Shown piece by piece: positions 57,906 through 64,000 of a stretch of DNA of 64,000 nucleotides. The stretch comes from Myxococcota bacterium. Its GTDB lineage: Bacteria > Myxococcota_A > UBA9160 > SZUA-336. Within the stretch, counting starts at the first letter, position 1, and every line of letters starts with the position of its first letter. The notes below the pieces were generated by a model. It saw only the letters and a program-made list of their open reading frames with translations. It searched no databases and was not told where the DNA came from. Where the stretch lies: positions 78 through 64,077 of the forward strand of contig JBHHVJ010000015.1 in NCBI GenBank assembly GCA_046754285.1. The letters are read 5' to 3'. The translations under genes and the position numbers were made by a program.

Positions 57906-58694
57906 TCAATCTCCGAACTGCCGACGGCCCCGGCTCTGGATCCGATCGCGTCGTCGGCCGATGTCGGCCGTCGAAACCCCCTTTCCGAAGGCCCGCGAAC
58001 GCTCGGCCTCGGTCCGCAACCCTTCGACCAGAGTGGTCTCCAACCCGTCGTCGATGAGTTGCTTGATCGCGCGGACGGTGTCCGGCTCACACGAGATCAC
58101 GTCACGGGCCAGCTCTCGGCAGCAGCGCAGCAGCCGCTCAGGCGGCACGACACGATTCACCAGGCCCCAGGACTCGGCCTGCTCGGCCGAGATGTAGTTT
58201 CCGGTCAGGCTCAGCTCCTTAGCTCGCAGCGCACCGATCAGCCGCGGAAGCTTCTGGGAGAGTCCCCAGCCCGGCAACACACCGACGCGGGCGTGCGTAT
58301 CGGCGAAGCGAGCCTGGCTCGACGCGATCAGCACATCGCACATCAGAGCGAGCTCGAAGCCGCCGGTGACGGCAAAGCCGTTGATGGCGCCGATGATCGG
58401 ACGGTCGAACTCACGCATGGCCCGAATCATTCCGCTCTCATCGATTTCGAAGCGCTCTCCATCCGGCCCCCGGGAACGGCCGGCGAGCTCCTTGAGATCG
58501 ATCCCCGCACAGAACGCCCGGCCCGCCCCGGTGAGGATCACGACGCCCACGCCGGGATCCGCTTTGAGGTCGACGAAGCCGCGCGCGATCGCCTCCCGCA
58601 GCGAGGTAGAGAGGGCGTTGAGAACCTCGGGTCGGTTCAGCGTGAGCGTCGCGATGCCATCGCTCTTCTCCACCAGCAGCTCGGGCTCGGCCAT
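57906..58694 (-). CDS. Enoyl-CoA hydratase/isomerase family protein
   Basis: Crotonase motifs ([37 protein letters not shown]). Confidence 0.85.
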   Translation of the reverse strand: MAEPELLVEKSDGIATLTLNRPEVLNALSTSLREAIARGFVDLKADPGVGVVILTGAGRAFCAGIDLKELAGRSRGPDGERFEIDESGMIRAMREFDRPIIGAINGFAVTGGFELALMCDVLIASSQARFADTHARVGVLPGWGLSQKLPRLIGALRAKELSLTGNYISAEQAESWGLVNRVVPPERLLRCCRELARDVISCEPDTVRAIKQLIDDGLETTLVEGLRTEAERSRAFGKGVSTADIGRRRDRIQSRGRRQFGD

Positions 58695-58803
58695 CGGCTC
58701 TCTCCCTCGGTGATGCCTCGGAGGCCCCGTCTCGCCCTACGCCGGACGGGCTCGGACCCCGGAGCTTACCGCAGCCCGCGCCCTCGGGACTCTCGGGGCA
58801 CGC

Positions 58804-60237
58804 TCAGGGGCGGTCACTCGGAGCGACATCGAGCCGCGGCTCACTCGTGATCGGCTCCAAGGGCGCCGTGGGCTCGAGGTCGGGCGTGAGCTGCGGAACC
58901 CGGATCGGCTCCAGGGGCGCCGTGGGCTCGAGGAGCGGGTCCGGCGGCAGAGGCTGTGGAACCCGGATGGGCTCGCGACTCGGGGGCGCGTGGGACCCCT
59001 CGTCACTGGGGACGGGATCACGCGGGCCCGGAGCGTGGAGCCCTCCCTCCGCAGGCGAGCGAGGCTTGAAGAGTGCGTCATGGGCACCGAGCAAACCGGG
59101 TTCGAGCTGCCGGGGCGGCTGCGCCCCCGGCCGGTCGCGGGCCGGAGGTGCGGACTCCGGTGCGGTCGGGCTCTTCGATGGCGCGGGGCGCCCCGCGGGC
59201 GTCTCGTGCACCGCGGAGGGCGGGGGCAGCGGCTCGGCGGGGGGCGGACGGGGCACGAGCTCGAGAACGCGGAGCCTTCCGCCCGTCTCGGGCCTCGCCG
59301 CGAGCCAGACGCGCCCACCGGGGAGGAGCTCCGACGCCTCGGGCGGCGTGCTCGCAAGATCCAGCTCGAGCCCCGCCACGGCGAGGCCGCTCGGCGCGCG
59401 CTCCAGGTACCCCTCGATGAGGACCGCTTGCAGGGCCGGCCCGGCCTCCATGAGCTCCGCGAGCGGCGGGGCGGGACCGAGCGGAGCGGGAGCCGAGCGC
59501 AGGCGCTCGACGCGGCTCGCCACCAGCAAGCCCATCGGATGGGCCAGCCCATAGACCTCCAGAAGATCGCCGGGGCCGAGCGCACCCAGCGATTCCAGCA
59601 CATGGCCTTCGTCGTCCACGAGCACTGCATCGCTGGGAACGTCGACGCTGCGCCCGGCGACGCGCATTCGACGTCCCGCCTCATCGACGGCCTCGAGCGG
59701 TCCCCGGAGGGCACTCCAGACCTCGACCCGGCGTGCAGCCAGACGACCGGCCTCCAGCCCGGCCTCGACCCAGACCACCTGACCCGCCGCCAGGCGGTCC
59801 GGATCCGCCGGCGCGCCATTCAGCTCAACGGGGGTCGACTCCGCCAGATGGATCCGCAGACCGTTGATGCAGAGGCTGCCGAGCTGGGTAATCGTGCCGT
59901 AGAGCCCGATTCTCCGTCGCCGCAGGTCTTCGCTCCGCCCGGTACCGCCGATGCCTCGCTCCTCCCCAGCGCGTCCCGTGCCTCCGATTCCGCGCTCGTT
60001 TCCCGACCGACCCGTTCCGCCGATCCCCTGGTCCTCATCCCCGCCGAGGAGCCGCAGCGCCAGCAGGCCCGTCTCGTCGAGCTCCCGGCAGGGCAGCCCG
60101 ACGGGCGGCGCCGCCGGCGCTGAGGAGACCGCAAGCCCGAGCGCAAGGGCGAGCACGAGCGCGAAAGCCGCCCGCCGTCCCCGGCGACCGGATCCCGGGC
60201 CGGTGCCCCCGGGCTCGCCCGGGGGCAGGCTCTGCAT
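58804..60237 (-). CDS. Secreted tandem-repeat protein (N-terminal GIGGTGRxxxER x3; internally duplicated beta-rich module; C-terminal Pro-rich EPxAPLEPIRVPQ repeats)
   Basis: Signal peptide (RRAAFALVLALALGLAVSSAPAAP). 12-aa repeats x3. Two approx. 80-aa related modules. 18-19-aa Pro-rich repeats. Alternative start 60252. Confidence 0.6.
   Translation of the reverse strand: MQSLPPGEPGGTGPGSGRRGRRAAFALVLALALGLAVSSAPAAPPVGLPCRELDETGLLALRLLGGDEDQGIGGTGRSGNERGIGGTGRAGEERGIGGTGRSEDLRRRRIGLYGTITQLGSLCINGLRIHLAESTPVELNGAPADPDRLAAGQVVWVEAGLEAGRLAARRVEVWSALRGPLEAVDEAGRRMRVAGRSVDVPSDAVLVDDEGHVLESLGALGPGDLLEVYGLAHPMGLLVASRVERLRSAPAPLGPAPPLAELMEAGPALQAVLIEGYLERAPSGLAVAGLELDLASTPPEASELLPGGRVWLAARPETGGRLRVLELVPRPPPAEPLPPPSAVHETPAGRPAPSKSPTAPESAPPARDRPGAQPPRQLEPGLLGAHDALFKPRSPAEGGLHAPGPRDPVPSDEGSHAPPSREPIRVPQPLPPDPLLEPTAPLEPIRVPQLTPDLEPTAPLEPITSEPRLDVAPSDRP
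58852..58985. repeat. Approx. 54-63-nt tandem repeat x2.3 within CDS (encodes Pro-rich EPTAPLEPIRVPQ repeats)
   Basis: cggctccaagggcgccgtgggctcgagg...gaacccggat repeated, with an internal indel. Confidence 0.6.
59932..60040. repeat. 36-nt tandem repeat x3 within CDS (encodes GIGGTGRxxxER)
   Basis: Direct visual repeat ccggtaccgccgatgcctcgctcctcc... and variants. Confidence 0.6.
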
Positions 60238-60244
60238 TCGCGCT

Positions 60245-61111
60245 CTAATCATCGGCTGGCTCCCGCGGGGTGTCGCTCTCGCGTTCATGGAAGAAGTAGA
60301 TCCCGAAGCTCATGCGTCGCGAGGTGGAGGTCTTCGCCGCGTCGCGGCGTTGCAGGGCCAGAGCGCGCCGGTTTACGGTGCGCAGCGCCTGCATGCCGAG
60401 ACGCTCGGCGAGCTCGGCAAGCTGCTGAACGGAGTCCTCGCCCAGACCGCCGTAGTAGACGCTGCGCTCCAGCAGCGGCGGTCGACCGCCTGAGAGGTTG
60501 TGCGTGCCCGCGGCAATATGGTCGTGCAGGTTGCGGCCGAAGTAGTGGGCCTTCTCCTCGAAGCCCTTCTCGGGCACGAAGGCCTCGACGACCAGACGGA
60601 CCCGTTCGCGCTCGTCGATCTCCACCACGCCCAGGCGCAGCCACTCGTCGAGCACGGCGCGGGGGCGGATGTCCGTGCTGACCGAAGCGACGAGCTGCTC
60701 GAGGGAGGGCTCGCGGGGTGTCCCGCCCGACCGCGGCAGCGGGCGCGGCCGGCCGCGGGCATCGCAGTACGGTCGGGATCCCATCCACTGGGCCACCAGG
60801 CGCGCACCCAGCGAGACCGAGGGCGGAGGCACGTACTCGTCGCGGGGCTCCTCGCGGAGCCGCCGCACGTCCTTGCGGTGGATCCCCGTGAGCAGGCTGA
60901 GCTGACTGATGGTGGGGGGCCGCGAGGACCCGGCCAGCTCGGCCTCCGCGACCTCGACGTAGACCCGCTTGAGGAGGTTCGACAGGAAGGGATGGGTGAT
61001 CCGATGGGCCAGCAGCAGCCGCACGAGAGGGCGGAGCAGATGGCGCAGAGCGCGGATCAGCGCCAAGGGAGCCAGGGAAGGCCCCGGGCTCTTTGTGGAT
61101 GCGCGGCCCAT
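60245..61111 (-). CDS. Hypothetical protein with HTH-like segment (TISQLSLLTGIHRKDVRRL)
   Basis: Diverse, protein-like composition in this frame. The alternative overlapping frame (60285..61193) is R/G/A/P-rich. Start trimmed to MGRASTKSPG. 289 aa. Confidence 0.55.
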   Translation of the reverse strand: MGRASTKSPGPSLAPLALIRALRHLLRPLVRLLLAHRITHPFLSNLLKRVYVEVAEAELAGSSRPPTISQLSLLTGIHRKDVRRLREEPRDEYVPPPSVSLGARLVAQWMGSRPYCDARGRPRPLPRSGGTPREPSLEQLVASVSTDIRPRAVLDEWLRLGVVEIDERERVRLVVEAFVPEKGFEEKAHYFGRNLHDHIAAGTHNLSGGRPPLLERSVYYGGLGEDSVQQLAELAERLGMQALRTVNRRALALQRRDAAKTSTSRRMSFGIYFFHERESDTPREPADD

Positions 61112-61304
61112 CGCCACCCCCTGCCGTTCGGCTCGCCACCCGACCGCTCGCACCCCGTGCGCTCTGGGCAGCGGTGCCTCGAGGATGCCACATTCCGAGC
61201 TCCCGTGGGAAATCTTCCCTCGGCCGAGCTGCGGTGGGAGCGGAGACGCCGGGGTCCCACCCGGCGGATACCCTCGGGGGGTTGGGCCTGCCGAGGCGCC
61301 TTCG

Positions 61305-61814
61305 TCAGTAGGTCAGGACCAGCGGGAAGCGAATCGCGTCGCTGCCGTAGCCGCTCCGCTGCACGACCCTGAGGTCGGTCAACAGACGCGACCCCAGAAC
61401 CACGATCGAGCCGAGCACGCGTCCGTCCGTTTTGCACACGACGCTGCCCACGAAGGCATCGCCGCCCGAGAGATCGGACGCTCGCACGTAGCGCAGCCCT
61501 CGACGGGGAACGCGCAGGCGGGCGACGCCGATCACGCGCCCGTTGCTGTCGAACGCGGCGCACTTGATCTGCGCTCCACGCAGCCGGCCGCCCGTGAAGA
61601 CGAGCGCGGTGTCGACCAGCCGGGCGTCCGCCGGGCCGTCCGCCACAACGGCGCGCAGATCGGCGGCATCGCGGTCGATCTCGGCGTCGACCGCGACGGC
61701 GTCGGTGCTCAGCTCCGTCAGCGTCTGGGCGCTGGCGAAGCCCGGCAGCAGCAGCGCCAAGAGCACGGCGGCCTGCCAGAAGGGTCTCGAGCCAGGGTTC
61801 TCTCTCTGCCACAT
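61305..61814 (-). CDS. Secreted hypothetical protein
   Basis: RBS AAGGAGG 5 nt upstream of ATG. Signal peptide AAVLLALLLPGFASA. 169 aa. Confidence 0.55.
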   Translation of the reverse strand: MWQRENPGSRPFWQAAVLLALLLPGFASAQTLTELSTDAVAVDAEIDRDAADLRAVVADGPADARLVDTALVFTGGRLRGAQIKCAAFDSNGRVIGVARLRVPRRGLRYVRASDLSGGDAFVGSVVCKTDGRVLGSIVVLGSRLLTDLRVVQRSGYGSDAIRFPLVLTY

Positions 61815-61845
61815 GGGGGAGCCTCCTTGGATGGGGGTTTGATGC

Positions 61846-61886
61846 GGGAATTATTCCCACACACAGAGTACGAGGGAATTTTTCCC
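61846..61886. promoter_or_regulatory. Two tandem palindromic operator-like sites GGGAATtATTCCC and GGGAAtttTTCCC (centres 28 bp apart) in an AT-rich divergent promoter region
   Basis: Perfect 5-6-bp inverted arms at 61846..61858 and 61874..61886, between divergent genes at 61814(-) and 61973(+). The local AT-richness is exceptional for this genome. Confidence 0.55.
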
Positions 61887-61972
61887 ACGTCAAGCCCGGC
61901 GGGCCCTCGGCCCGGCGGGAGGCCCTGGGGGCTGGCAGTTGGGGGGGGTTCGAGCGACCGTCCGGCTCAGAG

Positions 61973-63667
61973 ATGCGGCGCAGCGAGATCGACAAGCTGA
62001 TCCTGCACGGGGGCCCGGTCCGGACGCTCCACGCGCGCGGGCCCGTGGCCTCAGCGATCGGCTTTGCCGGCGGCCGCGTGCGCGGGATCGGGACACTGGA
62101 GCAGGTGCGGACGGCGGTTCCCGGCGGGGAGGAGCGAGACCTGCACGGCTCGGTGGTCTACCCCGGCTTCATCGATGCCCATCACCACCTCTGCTTCGCG
62201 GCGACCTACGGGCACCTTCCGGAGATCCGCAACCCGCCCTACCGGAGCCTCGCGCAGATCCTGCACAGGCTCGGCGAGCTGGCGGCCTCGACGCCCGACG
62301 GGGAGTGGATCGTGCTCTTCGGCTACGACGAGGCACGCCTCGAGGAGCACCGGGCACCCACGCGTCAGGAGCTCGACCGCGTGGCTCCGGCCCACCCCGT
62401 GCTGCTCATCCACTTCTCCTACCACCAAGGCGTGCTGAACTCGCTGGGCCTGGCGCGGACGGGTCTCGATGCACCCGGGGTCGACCCTCCCGGGGGATGG
62501 CGCGGCCGGCGCGGGGGCGGAGAGCTCGACGGCCTCGTCGTGGAGCGTTGTTTCGGACACGCCGAGGGGATCGTGCGGAGGGCACTCGCCCTCCGAGACC
62601 CAGAGAGCTGGTTCGCGCGGGCGAACGCGTACCAGGACCGGCTGCTCGCGGCGGGCATCACCCACATCTGTGATGCGGCCGTCCCCCCGGAGATGGAGTC
62701 GCTCTACCGCGCCTGGCAGCGGCGGGGCGAGCTGCACGTCGGGGTCACGATGATGCCACTCATCGAGAACATCTTCGCGGTCCCCGAGGCGCGTCTGATG
62801 GGGAAGACGACGGGCTGGTCCGAGGGCCGGCTTTCGATCGGTGCGATGAAGCTCTTCATGGACGGTGGCACGAGCTGCGCGATCTGCTTCTCGCTGCGCG
62901 ACGCGATCGTCCAGCTCGCGAGCATGGTCGGCCGGCTAATCCGTGCACGCACGCTGCTGCCGCTGCGCCTGGCGCGTACGCAGAGCGTCCGCGTCGGCCC
63001 CGACCGCCGGCTCCACTCCGGACAGCTCTTCTACGACGCCGGCGGGATCGAGGCGATGATCGGTCGCGCCAGCGCGGCAGGCTTCGCGATCGGCGTGCAC
63101 GCGGGCGGGAACGAGGCGATCGACCTCGTGCTCTCCGCTTTCGCCCGAAGCTACCGCGGCGCCCTGCCCCCCCGCGTCGACCACTTCTTCTTCGCGGACG
63201 AGGCGGTCATCCGCCGCGCGGCCCGAGAGGGTGTGCACGCGGTCGTTCAGCCGCCACACATCCGGGACACGGGGGAGCTGCTGCTCCAGACCGGGATTCC
63301 CGGTGGGCTGTCCTACCACGCCTACCGGGAGCTGCTCGACGGCGGGGTGCCGCTCGCGGGCAGCTCGGACGCCCCGGTCTCGAGCTTCGACGTGCTCACC
63401 GCGATCGAGGTCGCGGTGACGCGTCAGCTCCCGGACGGCCGAGCCCTGGGCCCGGAGCAGAGCCTCGACGCCGCAGAGGTGCTCGAGATGTACACGCGCG
63501 GCGCCGCCGCCGTTCTCGGCATGGAGCGCGAGATCGGGACGCTGGCCCCGGGGACACGAGCGGACGCGGTGGTGCTCAGCGCCGATCCGGCCGATCTTCC
63601 ACCGGAGCGCCTCTCGGAGGTGGGCGTGCTCGGAACCCTGGCCGGGAAGCTCTTCGTCGAGCCCTGA
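61973..63667 (+). CDS. Amidohydrolase family metal-dependent hydrolase (YtcJ-like)
   Basis: HxH metal motif GFIDAHHHL. C-terminal SDAPVS and amidohydrolase-3 architecture. 564 aa. Confidence 0.8.
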   Translation: MRRSEIDKLILHGGPVRTLHARGPVASAIGFAGGRVRGIGTLEQVRTAVPGGEERDLHGSVVYPGFIDAHHHLCFAATYGHLPEIRNPPYRSLAQILHRLGELAASTPDGEWIVLFGYDEARLEEHRAPTRQELDRVAPAHPVLLIHFSYHQGVLNSLGLARTGLDAPGVDPPGGWRGRRGGGELDGLVVERCFGHAEGIVRRALALRDPESWFARANAYQDRLLAAGITHICDAAVPPEMESLYRAWQRRGELHVGVTMMPLIENIFAVPEARLMGKTTGWSEGRLSIGAMKLFMDGGTSCAICFSLRDAIVQLASMVGRLIRARTLLPLRLARTQSVRVGPDRRLHSGQLFYDAGGIEAMIGRASAAGFAIGVHAGGNEAIDLVLSAFARSYRGALPPRVDHFFFADEAVIRRAAREGVHAVVQPPHIRDTGELLLQTGIPGGLSYHAYRELLDGGVPLAGSSDAPVSSFDVLTAIEVAVTRQLPDGRALGPEQSLDAAEVLEMYTRGAAAVLGMEREIGTLAPGTRADAVVLSADPADLPPERLSEVGVLGTLAGKLFVEP

Positions 63668-63686
63668 ACGGCTCGGCTGCGCGCCC

Positions 63687-64000
63687 TCAGTCGCGCTCCG
63701 CCACCAGCGCGCTCAAACGCTCCCACTCGCCGAGAAACTTCTCCAGATGCGCCCCCTCCCGCCGCTTCAGCTCGTTCTCGATCAGGGCGCGCACGGCGGC
63801 CTGCTCCTGGACGTAGCGGGCGGTCGAAAACTGGCCGGCGAAGTGAGCCACGCGGAGCCAGACCAGGTACGTGGTCAACGCGTCGAGCTCGTTGTACTCG
63901 ACGATCCGACGCAGCTCGCCGTCGAGCCAGAGCTTCGCCACCTGGTTGCCGTCCACGTCCATCTTTCCCGGGATGCCCGACTGAACCGCGATCTCGTGCA
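63687..64000 (-). CDS. Hypothetical protein, 5'-partial (continues beyond window end)
   Basis: Stop at 63687. Open in-frame to the window edge. Protein-like composition (EYNELDALTTYLVWLRVAHFAG). Confidence 0.5.
   Translation of the reverse strand, partial: HEIAVQSGIPGKMDVDGNQVAKLWLDGELRRIVEYNELDALTTYLVWLRVAHFAGQFSTARYVQEQAAVRALIENELKRREGAHLEKFLGEWERLSALVAERD

Noticed and set aside
60285-61193. 302-aa minus-strand ORF in alternative frame to 60245..61153
   Set aside because: Same strand, but the frame yields R/A/G/P-rich sequence. The 60245 frame gives diverse, protein-like sequence with an HTH-like segment, so that frame was chosen.

Overview
This is a high-GC (about 70%) bacterial chromosomal segment with a Gram-negative character. 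It carries a TonB-dependent receptor, lipobox lipoproteins, a sigma-54 enhancer-binding protein with a matching -24/-12 promoter, a PQQ quinohemoprotein alcohol dehydrogenase and MacAB-type ABC exporters. The gene content is Myxococcota-like (lipase-maturation-factor homolog, ceramidase). I found no rRNA, tRNA, CRISPR array, transposase or integrase.

Coding density is high, and many genes overlap by 4 nt (ATGA/GTGA). The content is dominated by redox and lipid metabolism:
- a GMC oxidoreductase with its small subunit;
- an acetoin-dehydrogenase-like E1alpha/E1beta pair with a divergent AcoC-type E2 (lipoyl, E3-binding and alpha/beta-hydrolase domains);
- an aldehyde:ferredoxin oxidoreductase with a convergent MoaD-like GG-terminal carrier;
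- several SDRs and two enoyl-CoA hydratases;
- 3-hydroxybutyryl-CoA dehydrogenase, galactokinase and cyclophilin.

The more unusual loci are:
- a LuxR-linked operon of DUF3604, an alkaline ceramidase and a fatty-acid-hydroxylase fused to an unassigned C-terminal domain, which may be a ceramide/sphingolipid remodelling module;
- a wHTH-WYL-WCX regulator next to a Cys-X5-Arg phosphatase;
- a secreted protein with a triplicated cysteine module (CxCxxSCPxCxDC) and an adjacent 61-aa lipoprotein;
- a sigma-54-controlled YbbAP-like ABC system with ATPases on both sides of an 856-aa double-FtsX permease;
- a deazaflavin (F420)-type cluster (DUF385 Fqr-like, LLM oxidoreductase, SDRs);
- a TetR-linked diiron-oxygenase-like gene broken across three frames;
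- two conserved N-termini (quinohemoprotein ADH signal peptide, TetR HTH) that have no ATG/GTG/TTG start;
- a secreted protein with tandem repeats at both ends;
- rare AT-rich operator-like palindromes in divergent promoter regions.

Most long antisense ORFs in the six-frame track are GC-driven artefacts and were rejected.
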